From contig NIVC01000976.1 of the NCBI GenBank assembly GCA_002269645.1, forward strand, positions 186,001-250,000: a DNA stretch of 64,000 nucleotides, written 5' to 3'. This document shows positions 24,401 to 36,500 of the stretch, piece by piece. The notes under the pieces were generated by a model that made no database searches, had not been told where the DNA came from, and worked only from the letters and a program-made list of their open reading frames with translations. The DNA is from Macrostomum lignano. Lineage: Eukaryota. Each line of letters begins with the position of its first letter. The stretch's first letter is position 1. A program made the position numbers and the translations under genes.

Positions 24401-27400
24401 GTCTAATCTCACTCTTTCCGTCTAATCTCACTCTTCAATCTAACCCCACTCTCTCCGTCTAATCTCACTCTTCAATCTAATCACGCTCTTCAATCTATTC
24501 TCACTCTTCAATCTAAGCCCACTCTCTCCATCTAATCTCACCCTCTCAAAGTAATCTCACCCTCTCTATTTAATCCCCCTCTTCTTAATCTAATCTCACT
24601 CTCTCCATCAGTCTCACCTCGGGATCCTCAGTGTAGCTATCTGTGACGGCGTCGCGCCGCGGCACAACCAGGGCCAGTTCGATGAGAAACACCACCAGAG
24701 ACAGGGTGCCGCTTCTGATTGGCTGCTGATTGTGTACAAACTGGGCGCGGGTGGGGTGTGTGAATCACTCTATTGGTGCATGAAGACATGTTATCTCTTG
24801 AGCCATTAATAAATACTTATGTTATCACCGTCAATGCGTTTGTGTTGTCTTGATCTGTTTCCTAAATTTCTTAATTCGGGACAGGTTGGGATTAGGGATA
24901 AGTCGGTATTAGGGATAAGTCGGGATTAGGGATAAGTCGGTATTAGGGACAGGTCGGGATTAGGAGGGATAAGTCGGAATTAGGAGGGATAAGTCGGGAT
25001 TCGGGACAGGTCGGGATTAGGGATAAGTCGGGATTCGGGACAGGTCGGGATTAGGGATAAGTCGGGATTCGGGACAGGTCGGGATTAGGGATAAGTCGGG
25101 ATTCGGGACAAGTCGGAATTCGGTATAAGTCGGGATTCGGGATAAGGGGATCCTACCAGAGCACTTATTCGAGCTTTTGAGATCCCAAACTCTGCAACAC
25201 TGCACCGGTCTCGCAGACCGCCCAACCTTGTACAGCAGGGCCAGCAGCCGGGAGTGCAGCGCCGCCGTGTGCAGAATGTCTGTCACACCGGCCAGGTACT
25301 CCGGCAGCTCCGCCCGCTCGGCCACAGTTGGAAGGCGATACGGCGGCCAGGCCTGAAAGTCGCGGCGGCGCTCGCGAGGGCCGCCCTCGCCGGCAGAGCA
25401 GCAGCGGCTGCAGCGGTCCAGGCTGGCCTGGAAGTGCCGCCGGTGCGCGCACCGCAGGCTCGTCATCAGCGGGTCGAAGCCGTCCAGCCACACCTGCGGC
25501 CGCGGCCGGTACACCGGGGCGGCCAGGATATCCGCCGGTGACGAGGAGGCGGCGACAGCGGCGGAGGTGGCAGCCGTTGATGAGGCGGTGGAGGCTGAGC
25601 ACAGCTCCGTCAACAGGGCCAGCACCGGCTGCAGGGCCGCCGACTGCCGGCCGGGCTCGTGGTGCGCCGAGTCCCGCTCTGGCAGGCTGTCCACCAGCTG
25701 CGAGTGGGTGCGGTCCTCCACGCACACGGCCACCGTGACCTCGCGCTCCAGCTGGCCGGCCGGGTCGCGGGCCAGCCGACTGGCCGGACACAGGCAGAGC
25801 AGCCAGGCCAGCAGCTGGAGGCCCCACTCGGCCATGCCGGCAGCGCGGTCCGCGTTACCCGCGCCTGGGGGGGGGGGGTGGGGGGAAGTGAGAGGCGGAA
25901 GTTGGAAGCGACGTCAATAAAATCTGCTCTCAAAACGCCACATATCGCTGCGTTAGGGGGCATGGCACAATCAGTAGATAGCATCGTGTGGATTTTTTCG
26001 TCACATACCAGGCATTAATTTAGGCTACCAGCCTCCCAGATCTTCGGTTGCTGGGCCAGCCTCCCAGATCCTCAGTTGCTGGGCCAGCCTCCCAGATCCT
26101 CAGTTGCTGGGCCAGCCTTCCAGATCCTCAGTTGCTGGGCCAGCCTCCCAGATCCTCAGTTGCTGGGCCAGCCTCCCAGATCCTCAGTTGCTGGGCCAGC
26201 CTCCCAGATCCTCAGTTGCTGGGCCAGCCTCCCAGATCCTCAGTTGCTGGGCCAGCCTCCCAGATCCTCAGTTGCTGGGCCAGCCTCCCAGATCCTCAGT
26301 TGCTGGGCCAACCTCCCAGATCCTCAGTTGCTGGGCCAGCCTCCCAGATCCTCAGTTGCTGGGCCAGGCCTTCCAGATCCTCAGTTGCTGGGCCAGCCTC
26401 CCAGATCCTCAGTTGCTGGGCCAGCCTCCCAGATCCTCAGTTGCTGGGCCAGCCTCCCAGATCCTCAGTTGCTGGGCCAGCCTCCCAGATCCCCAGTCCC
26501 ACACCGAGCCAGCAGAACTAACCAATAAAGGCATTGTCGCCGGCTGCGGCCCTGAGGCTGACCAGCTCATCCAGGTGAAGCAGACGGAACAGGCAGCGCA
26601 CGGTCTGGGCTCGGTCCGGCAGCAGCGCGATGGCCAGCTGGACCAGGTGGAGGTCCAGGTCGACCAGCGAGCAGCAGAAGCTGCTGTGCACGTAGGTCAT
26701 GGCCTGGCCCTGAGAGAGCGGTTGGGGCGATTTTCATGTGATTAATATAGGCGATTGTCTGGTGGGGTGTGAGGGGAGCTTGTCAGGTAGGGTGTGGGGG
26801 AGATTGTCAGGTGAGGTGTGGGGGAGATTGTCAGGTGAGGTGTGGGGGAGATTGTCAGGTGAGGTGTGGGGGGGGATTGTCAGGTGAGGTGCGGGGGGGA
26901 GCTTGTCAGGTGAGGTGTGGGGGAGCTTGTCAGGTGAGGTGTGGGGGATTGTCAGGTGAGGTGTGGGGGGGATTGTCAGGTGAGGTGTGGGGGGGATTGT
27001 CAGGTGAGGTGTGGGGGGGGAGCTTGTCAGGTGAGGTGTGGGGGGAGCTTGTCAGGTGAGGTGCGGGGGGGGGAGCTTGTCAGGTGAGGTGTGGGGGGGG
27101 AGCTTGTCAGGTGAGGTGTGGGGGAGCTTGTCAGGTGAGGTGTGGGGGGGAGATTGTCAGGTGAGGTGTGGGGGAGCTTGTCAGGTGAGGTGTGGGGGAG
27201 CTTGTCAGGTGAGGTGTGGGGGGGAGCTTGTCAGGTGAGGTGTGAGGGAGCTTGTCAGGTGAGGTGCGGGGGGGAGCTTGTCAGGTGAGGTGTGGGGGGG
27301 GGAGCTTGTCAGGTGAGGTGTGAGGGAGCTTGTCAGGTGAGGTGCGGGGGGGAGCTTGTCAGGTGAGGTGTGGGGGGGAGCTTGTCAGGTGAGGTGTGGG

Positions 27401-30400
27401 GGAGCTTGTCAGGTGAGGTGTGGGGGGAGCTTGTCAGGTGAGGTGTGGGGGGGATTGTCAGGCGGTCCTCAGAATTAAAATTGCCCACCTTCATCTGCAG
27501 GCCGTTGCGTAGCCACAAATCAGCGCTGATCTCGCAGTAGCCAATCAGAGCTCGCAGCGGAGGCAGCATGAAGCTGTTAACAGGCGATATGAGCTCAGCA
27601 GCCACCGCGGAAATGTCCACGCCGCCAACACTGGCATCTCCGCTGCCTCCGGTCGCCAAATCCGGTAGGGCGCAGAAGAAAGCAGAAATGAGGCGGTGCA
27701 GCGGCAGGTGGAAGGACAGGCGCGACTCGCGGTAGCCGCAGTCCAGACAGCCGCTGCGGACCACGGCGGAGGCGCTGCGCAGCACGGCGAGGGCCAGGCT
27801 GGGGTCCGGCTTAGCCCAAGCCCACAGGGTCCACAGGGTGCAGGCTGCGATCTCGTTGTCGGCCGCGAATGCGCTGTAGTAAGCCTGCGGCGTGGCGAGG
27901 GATGAAGAGTGACTGAGGAAAGTCTTCGTGAGTCATCATGGGGATCTGGGAGGGTGGCGGTGGCCCAGCAACTGAGGATCTGGGAGGCTGGCCCAGCAAC
28001 TGAGGATCTGGAAGGCTGGCCCAGCAACTGAGGATCTGGAAGGCTGGCCCAGCAACTGAGGATCTGGGAGGCTGGCCCAGCAACTGAGGATCTGGGAGGC
28101 TGGCCCAGCAACTGAGGATCTGGGAGGCTGGCCCAGCAACTGAGGATCTGGGAGGCTGGCCCAGCAACTGAGGATCTGGAAGGCTGGCCCAGCAACTGAG
28201 GATCTGGGAGGCTGGCCCAGCAACTGAGGATTTGGGAGGCTGGCCCAGCAACTGAGGATCTGGGAGGCTGGCCAGCAACTGAGGATCTGGGAGGCTGGCC
28301 CAGCAACTGAGGATCTGGGAGGCTGGCCCAGCAACTGAGGATCTGGGAGGCTGGCTGAGGATCTGGGAGGCTGGCCCAGCAACTGAGGATCTGGGAGGCT
28401 GGCCCAGCAACTGAGGATCTGGGAGGATGGCCCAGCAACTGACACTCTGGGAGGCTGGCCCAGCAACTGACACTCTGGGAGGCTGACTGAGGATCTGGGA
28501 GGCTGGCCCAGCAACTGAGGATCTGGGAGGCTGGCCCAGCATGTGGTAGCAATATAGAAGGCGATGTAGGACAAGGTGCAAAGCAGTCTCAATCCAATTC
28601 ACCCTCGAGTTGTCGAACTCAAGAGCGGCAGCCACAGCCCGAGTGCTGCTATTGGCCAGGTGCAGCCGGCCCAGCATTGCTGTGTAGTGCGCCAGCAGGC
28701 TTTCGGAGCCCAGCAACCGCATAGCAACGGGTTTGTGAACCAGCATGTTGACCAGGTCGCTGACTACGGGCCAATAGCGGTGCTCCATCATGATGGGATT
28801 CTCGACCAGTGCAGGAAGCAGGGGGCCTAGCGAATTGAAAGGCCAAAATTTAGGCAACACTGAGAAAATTAATGACCAGAACACTGAGGCAATGACCAGA
28901 ACACTGAGGCAATGACCAGAACACTCAGGCAATGACCAGAACACTGAGGCAATGACCAGAACACTCAGGCAATGACCAGAACACTGAGGCAATGACCAGA
29001 ACACTCAGGCAATGACCAGAACACTGAGGCAATGACCAGAACACTCAGGCAATGACCAGAACACTCAGGCAATGACCAGAACACTGAGCCAATCACCAGA
29101 ACACTGAGGCAATGACCAGAACACTGAGGTAATGACCAGAACACTGAGGCAATGACCAGAACACTGAGGCAATGACCAGCAGACAGTCGGCCTTACCATC
29201 CAAGCTGGCCGGAGCAAAGCTGGCGGGCAGGGCGGCCCCGGCAGAGCTGCTGGCGGCCAGCACGAAGTCCAGGCCGATGAGCACCCGCTCCAGCAGGGCG
29301 TGCCTCTCGCACATGAGCTGGCAGAGGCTGGCAGCGGACAGCAGCTGCACGGAGATGTGCACCACCCGGTAGGACAGGTTGGCCTGGTAGCTGCCGGAGC
29401 TGCCGGAGCCCGGCGGCTTGTTGTCGCTGCCGCACAGGACCGACACCAGCCGCAGGTAGTGGTCGGAGAAGGCCGCGGCAAACGGGGCTTTGAAGGCGCG
29501 AATGGGCAGAGCGGCGAGCAGCAGGCTGATGAGCGGCTGCGGAAACTTGGCCTTCACCATCCAGAAGGTCAGCTCGTCTAGCAGGCTGCGGTGGCGAAGG
29601 CCTTCGACTATGGGCTGGCCGCCCACTGTTGGCAATGATGGATTTTGTTAATTTGGCAACATTTGCAATACAGCTACTTATAGCCTTAGTAGTATCATCA
29701 TTTCATTTTTGGGGACTCTGATGCGGCGGCTTGAATTGGCACACAACCCAAAAAATACAGAACAAAGCAAGAGACACAACCTTACAAGCAAGCACGAGCC
29801 AAAGGACACAATCTGGTAGACACAATGCAAAAGACAATTTGGCAGACACGAGGCAAAAGACAATCTGACAGACACAAAGCAAGACACAATCTGACAGACA
29901 CAAGGCAAAAGACACAATCTGACAGACACAAGGCAAAAGACACATTCTGAATGACACGAGGCAAAAGACAATCTGACAGACACGAGGCAAAAGACACAAT
30001 CTGACAGACACGAGGCAAAAGACAATCTGACAGACACAAGGCAAAAGACACAATCTGAAAGACACAAGGCAAAAGACACATTCTGAATGACACGAGGCAA
30101 AAGACACAATCTGACAGACACGAGGCAAAAGACACAATCTGACAGACACAAGGCAAAAGACACATTCTGACAGACACAAGGCAAAAGACAATCTGACAGA
30201 CACAAGGCAAAAGACACAATCTGACAGACACGAGGCAAAAGACAATCTGACAGACACAAGGCAAAAGACACAATCTGACAGACACAAGGCAAAAGACACA
30301 TTCTGACAGACACAAGGCAAAAGACACATTCTGACAGACACGAGGCAAAAGACAATCTGACAGACACAAGGCAAGACACAATCTGACAGACACAAGGCAA

Positions 30401-30892
30401 AAGACACAATCTGACAGACACAAGACAAAAGACAACGGTCAAAGTCAAAGTCATTGAAAGCCGACACACTTTGTGTCTCAGCGAAAATTCCCCAGCAACT
30501 CACGCTGCACCGACCCATCGTCCGGCAGCACGGACATCAACTGGCCAATCGCGTCGGTGTAGTTGTCATGGCAACTGGCAAAGTCGGAGTCCAGCTCCGA
30601 GTCAGCGTAGATTCGCCGGTGGCAGCTGTGAGCAGCCGGCGCTGACAGGCTGGCGCTGTACAGCCGCTCGTCTGTGAGGGCATCGCACAGAATCCTGTGA
30701 ATGCCGGCGCCGAGGTCCGTCATCTGTTTGAGCAGGTCGAACAGCCAGCCGGCGCCTGAGATGCAATCGTCTGCTGAGACTGCGTGGTTGCGGCTGCACA
30801 GTTGAAGGGTTGGATGGTTAAGCAGAGAGAGAGCAAACTGACTCCTGAGCAGAGAGGAAAGACAGACAGACAGACAGACAGACAGACACAAT

Positions 30893-30954
<62 letters not shown>

Positions 30955-32856
30955 GGCAGACAGTCAGACAGACAGACAAAGACCAGACAGACAGACACTA
31001 AGACAGACAGACAGACACTATTAGACAGAGACAAGCAGGCAGACAGACACAGACAGGCAATCAGACACAAGCAGACAGACACAGGCAGACAACAAGACAC
31101 AGGCAGACAGACAAAAACAGGCAATCAGACACAAGCAGACAGACACAGGCAGACAACAGCACCAACCGCATGTGCAGGGTCAGCAGGAGCAGCAGACGCG
31201 GCAGCACAGCCCTGGCGGTGGCCACCAGCTCAGACGGAGCAGAGGGCAGCTTGGCGGCGTTCTGCTCGCCGTGCTTGCAGCAGAAGCCCAGCGGCCGCAT
31301 CACGTCGGGGTCGCCGCAGTCGCAGGCGCCGCCAGAGCTGCTCCTGAACAGGTTGAAGTCGTGGCCCTCGTGGTTGCCAGCCTGCCAGAGTTTTGCAGTA
31401 TCGAGGCTGGTTTATGAACAGTCATGTCTTTTTTGAGATAGCAGCCCGAACTCTCACTCACTGAGGTAGCAGCCCGAACTCTCACACACTGAGGTAGCAG
31501 CCCGAACTCTCACTCACTGAGGTAGCAGCCCGAACTCTCACTCACTGAGGTAGCAGCCCGAACTCTCACACACTGAGGTAGCAGCCTGAACTCTCACTCA
31601 CTGAGGTACCAGCCCGAACTCTCACTCACTGAGGTAGCAGCCTGAACTCTCACTCACTGAGGTAGCAGCCCGAACTCTCACACACTGAGGTAGCAGCCTG
31701 AACTCTCACACACTGAGGTAGCAGCCCGAACTCTCACACACTGAGGTAGCAGCCTGAACTCTCACACACTGAGGTAGCAGCCCGAACTCTCACACACTGA
31801 GGTAGCAGCCCAAATTGTCACCCTTGATATTAAAAAAAGTCATCAATCAAACCTTGAAACAGTCCTCGCACAAGGACAAGCATTGAGAAATGGCACAGGT
31901 GCGACACCTGTATGCATAATAGTTTTTAGTCCAGACCAGGCCACAGGTGACTGAGTTATCAAAATGGCGAACTAAAACATAAGAAAGCAAAGATATTTAG
32001 AAGTAATATAATTTAGCTTTAAATAACAATATTAACAATTAATACATTATTTTATTTCAGTGATGTCAGATTTTGAGACAATATCTATGGACCTACTAGA
32101 GCCAAAGTATTAGACTTCTTTTAGTTATTTTTAGATAAAACTAAAAATTTACAATATTTGTATTTTATATAAACAGGGAATTCTATGCTAAATGCAACTC
32201 AATTGGCCACATAATGAGTCTATATATCTAAGCAAGTACAAATATTTATTAAAACTATTTCATAGTCTAGATAGCTAGATAACAAATGCTATACCTAGTA
32301 ATAGTTTCTATATAGTAAAAAAATCAAAAATTGAAATTATAAATAAAAAATAAGTTATGTATGGATATATTATTGATTTTAACATAGATAGCTCAACCAA
32401 TTTTCTTCAAACTTAAACTAGCTATAAATTAATGTTTTAAAAGACTAATATAAGAAAATAATATCTGGATAACTTTACAAAGCATTTTTCTAGAGTTTAA
32501 AATATATCTAGAAAATAAATAAAATAAAATAAAAACTAAAAGTAAAACATTTAAAAATGAGCAAACTAATGCAATAATAAGTTTTCTAAAAATTAGGAGC
32601 AACTGTCAAAAGTTAACTTTTCAGCTTGTAATAAATTACCTGATGATGAATAACTTTCCCAAGATGGATGCTTCGCAGAAAGAAGTGCCAGTATTGCTTC
32701 TACACTTTTTGAAACATTTGAACCTTGATCTGCATTGATTTCTAAAAGACTCAATGGCAGCACTTTGTCAAGGATCTTTTCAAGTGTTAAAGAGTCAGGT
32801 TGATTAACCGCAACATCATAAAAAGTGCCAATAGTGGCACTATCAATGAGTGCCAT
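18430..32856 (-). CDS. UBR3: E3 ubiquitin ligase UBR3; exons 32856-32640, 31971-31853, 31381-31167, 30793-30504, 29625-29197, 28826-28603, 27884-27489, 26709-26523, 25864-25227, 24740-24618, 24058-23740, 23140-22118, 20652-20396, ~19900-19119, 18547-18430
   Basis: UBR box [31 protein letters not shown]|[24 protein letters not shown]; UBR3-type [27 protein letters not shown]|GQAMTY; RING-H2 [21 protein letters not shown]; C-terminal [17 protein letters not shown]|RGKPLYLS. Splice phases are consistent except the acceptor near 19900, which is uncertain. Confidence 0.93.
18660..19070. repeat. about 57-bp tandem repeat, last UBR3 intron
   Basis: TAGGAGAGGTCATTGACCCCGGCTTGTTTTAAGGAGGTCACTGACCCCTATTTAAC. 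Confidence 0.9.
19995..20335. repeat. about 44-bp tandem repeat, UBR3 intron
   Basis: CGACAAAGACCTATGTATCCCCGACCAAACTCAATGTACATTTA. Confidence 0.9.
21110..22100. repeat. ACAC-rich compound minisatellite, UBR3 intron
   Basis: ACACAACAGACACAG(C/T)GGAC variants. Confidence 0.93.
23200..23725. repeat. 21-bp minisatellite, UBR3 intron
   Basis: GATGTCGGAGTTGGGAAACCG. Confidence 0.95.
24160..24610. repeat. Pyrimidine-rich about 19-bp repeat, UBR3 intron
   Basis: TCTCTATCTAATCTCAC(T/C)C variants. Confidence 0.88.
24875..25145. repeat. 16-bp minisatellite, UBR3 intron
   Basis: GGGATAAGTCGGGATT(A/C). Confidence 0.9.
26030..26492 (+). repeat. 28-bp minisatellite, UBR3 intron 8
   Basis: GCTGGGCCAGCCTCCCAGATCCTCAGTT about 16 copies. 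Confidence 0.97.
26755..27460. repeat. G-rich about 22-26 bp minisatellite, UBR3 intron 7
   Basis: GTCAGGTGAGGTGTGGGGG(G)nAGCTT. Confidence 0.95.
27945..28540 (-). repeat. Same 28-bp minisatellite in reverse orientation, UBR3 intron 6
   Basis: Plus strand AACTGAGGATCTGGGAGGCTGGCCCAGC is the exact reverse complement of the 26030 unit; both arrays give the same peptide in the ORF track on opposite strands. Confidence 0.97.
28870..29180. repeat. 20-bp minisatellite, UBR3 intron
   Basis: AATGACCAGAACACT(G/C)AGGC. Confidence 0.95.
29790..30430. repeat. 26/28-bp minisatellite, UBR3 intron
   Basis: GACACAATCTGACAGACACAAGGCAAAA. Confidence 0.95.
30860..31160. repeat. (GACA)n-type microsatellite, UBR3 intron
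   Basis: AGAC repeats with variants, including GACACTAAGACAG. Confidence 0.95.
31440..31810. repeat. 28-bp minisatellite, UBR3 intron 2
   Basis: TAGCAGCCCGAACTCTCAC(T/A)CACTGAGG. Confidence 0.95.
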
Positions 32857-33595
32857 GCTGCCCTAGCCACTGACAATTACAATGCAAATGTGACAAAATT
32901 TTGCTTTAGATGAAAATTTCTACATACGTTGCGCTGACTAATTACTACAAAAATTTATAGACTCGACGAAAAAAATCTGAGTTTGATAATATTGACATTA
33001 GCTAAGCGATGCACTTAAAGTTAAATGACAGGGGTGCATCTGCCGTTTTCTCACATTGAAACGAAATATCATCGTGTTTTGTCGATTGAAATTTATGAAA
33101 AAACTGCCCAAGCTTTACTTGTCTGATCTACTTTGAAAAGAGCGATGTTTGATATTTTAAAGAGTACACGAGCTGAAAAATAAATACAAATCTTATCAAC
33201 AATGTAAAAATGTTAGTAATTTTATTTGTAATTTTTATTTCTGTTTCTAGGGATATTATAGTATTAAATTCTAAACTATCCCTACCATGACTTTAGTTTT
33301 TTAGCTACTTATCTGTTTAAGTGTAATATTTTAAAGATATTAAATCTAAAAATGCAGAAAAAATTTTCTATTAAAAGTTCTAAAATAAAGTGTTTTTGTT
33401 TTATCATGTTTAATGTTATGAAACATTTTAACGCTACAACTTTCTAAGAAATATCTAGGAAATGTAAATTTAGTTTTGTCAAGATTATATGCACCTGTAG
33501 CTTAAAAGTCTTCAGTCTTAGTTCTAATGTGTCATTAAAATATTTTTAGCATAAATCCTTATTAGATTCTTTTTTGTATTTAAATCATATTTAAA
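32857..33595. promoter_or_regulatory. Putative bidirectional promoter between UBR3 and ANKFY1 (AT-rich, about 740 bp between ATGs)
   Basis: Divergent start codons at 32856 (-) and 33596 (+). No specific motif identified; function is inferred from gene arrangement. Confidence 0.5.
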
Positions 33596-36500
33596 ATGGA
33601 TAACATTGCGACTAATTCTAATAATAATAATGGTAAGTTCTATACAACCTTTCGTAATTGAATCCGGATTCTAGAGGATAAAGACCCGGGAGGCGGGCGG
33701 AGGGGTGGCTCAGTCTACGCCTAAGAGGGGGGGCGACCGCCCCCCTCCCCGCCCCTAGTGCGCCACTGCGTGTGCCTGATACATATCTGCTCGCATCGTC
33801 CAAGGTTGAGGGGCTTAGTGGGCTGCAATCTAGTAGTAGGACTGGAGTTCTTATTTTTTTATTTTATTACAAAACTTTAGTTTGAAAACCTTTTTAATAT
33901 AAAATGAGGTAAAGTTTTTTAAACATTGTACTATATTAAATTTTGGAATGTTTAGTAAGCATCAAAGTATTACTTATAAAACAAAGCTACCCTAAATATA
34001 ACTTCATACAACCTACAAAAACTTATAATACCAAAACCTATGCTGTTTCCAAAACTTCCTTTCTGGAACCTTTAGGTTTCCAATAGAATAAATGTTTTAA
34101 TTGTATAAACAAATTAGGCTAAATGTATTATAAAATATTGTAGTTCTTATATGATTATATTATATGGTTGCATATTGAGTACAGGCTCATATAATTGGCT
34201 TTTTAGCGCCTTTTCAACTTAAAGCAATTTCTTTAGCTATAAAGTATAGTGTTTTCAATTAAAATGAATTTTAATTTATTTCCTTTTTCAGAAAACAAGA
34301 AGCTGCAGACTCATTTAAAGCTTCTTCGAGAAGAATTTCTAACCTTGCAACAGAAGCACAACAAACTGAAGCAACAGTATGATGCCCTGTTAGCTGAAAA
34401 TACACTTAGTTCTGGCACCAGTTCCAGCTCAAGCACTGGCAATACATTTGTCTCTAATCTACTTTCAGTTGTTGGGAAAATGTGCTTCAAGTCCAAATAT
34501 AGGTATGTTGTTTCAAAATCTTTAAAGTGTAATAAAGTATAAAACTAAAATCTTGTAGTGTCTAAATTTAAATTTGGAACTGTATTCACACATAGGGTGT
34601 TATATTGGAGAAGAACTGAATTCTAAAGTTGAAAAACTCATAGTTTAATACCAACCTGCCATCCTGTGCAGCGACATTGTGTTCCAACTGGCCGATGACA
34701 GCTCCATCCCTGGTCATCGCTTTGTCCTGCAAGCCCGCCAGAGCCAGTGGGGCGCCCCAGATGGCCTGGACTCCGCTGTGGACATCGACCTCTCCGACTT
34801 GCCTGTGGACGTGTCCCGCACGCTGATCTCGTGGGCCTACACCGACCTGGCCGACCTGACTGGCAGAGATGAAGAATTTTGCCTGTCTCTGCTTGGAGCC
34901 GCTTCCAAATTCGGCTTGCCCGGCCTTGTGGAGGCCTGCGAGCGGGCGCTGGTGCCAGTGGCCTGCGTGGCCAACTGCATCCGGCTGTACATGCTGGCCG
35001 ACGAGCTCAAGGCGGCAGCGCTGAAGGCCCACTGCAGCGCCATCATCTCCGAGCACTGGGTGCGTAGCGGTGGCATCAACCTGCTTTGCTTGAGCAGCGT
35101 TTGCTCTTGTCTTTCGAAGTTTGAATCTCTGTCGTTTCATGGATTTCCTTTGCTCGAGTGGGGATTTACTGTATCCATTTAGGGATTTCCCATGTCTGTT
35201 TGGGGACGTCACTTGTGCTTTAGGGATTTCCCTTCTCCGTTTCCTTTTTCAAAGATTCCCCCTCTCCGTTTAGGGATTCCCCCTCTCCGTTTAGGGATTC
35301 CCCCTCTCCGTTTAGGGATTCCTCCTCTCCGTTTAGGGATTCCCCTTCTCCGTTTAGGGATTCCACTTCTCCGTTTAGGCATTCCCCTTCTCCGTTTAGG
35401 GATTCCTCTTCTCCATTTAGGGATTCCCCTCTCCGTTTAGGGATTCCTCCTCTCCGTTTAAGGATTACCCTTCTCCGTTTAGGGATTCCCCTTCTCCGTT
35501 TAGGGATTCCTCTTCTCCATTTAGGGATTCCCCCTCTCCGTTTAGGGATTCCCCTTCTCCGTTTAGGGATTCCCCTTCTCCGTTTAGGCATTCCTCTTCT
35601 CCATTTAGGGATTCCCCTCTCCGTTTAGGGATTCCTCCTCTCCGTTTAGGGATTACCCTTCTCCGTTTAGGGATTCCCCTTCTCCGTTTAGGGATTCCTC
35701 TTCTCCATTTAGGGATTCCCCCTCTCCGTTTAGGGATTCCCCTTCTCCGTTTAGGGATCCCCCTTCTTCGTTTAGAGATTCCCAATGTCTGAGGACTTAT
35801 ATGCAAGGAAATTTAGAATGTGTACCCATTTAGAAAATATATATATTTATATGCAATAATCGCTCAATACAGTTTCTATGCTAGCCCTGTGACCTGACGA
35901 TCCCAATACTGCATTCCATATTTCAGTTCAGCAACAGCTTCAATGTAAGCCAAGCTTTAGCCTGACTCGACGTCTGATATGAAGTCAGCTGCGTGTTTTT
36001 GCTTTAAAGCTTTAAGTGTTGTGGTCCGCGTTGTGTACTTTGCCAGTCATCTCAGCTTAGTTAGTACCTGTTGTTTGCTTGCAACACTTGATAAATTATA
36101 ATTTAAGATACTGGCTACTTACACAGTAGTATTCGGTATCAGAATTATGGTTTTTCGATTCACTCATCTATCAATTTACTGACCATTTTGTTACTTAGCA
36201 CTGTTGACAGCACTTCATGTTGCGACAAAAATTTTATTGTGTAATATTTCCCGCCTACTTAACTTCCTTAGAAATTTGATGAGGTAAGAATTTGGAATGC
36301 ACTATTAGAAACCGATGTTTTGGATATTGAATTATTGTTTTTTTAGATTTTGAATTCCTTCCTTTCTACTAAATTTCTAGTTCGTTTGTTCGCATTATCA
36401 GGGATTTTGTTTTTCTCATAATGTGCCTTCGGGAATGTCAGCTCATTTCCTCCTTTAGTAGTGGTTTTAGAAAGTTTTGTATTATAATTGAGTTATATGC

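Noticed and set aside
35220-35780. True interstitial telomere
   Set aside because: TTAGGG occurs once per 20-21-bp unit, not as contiguous hexamers.
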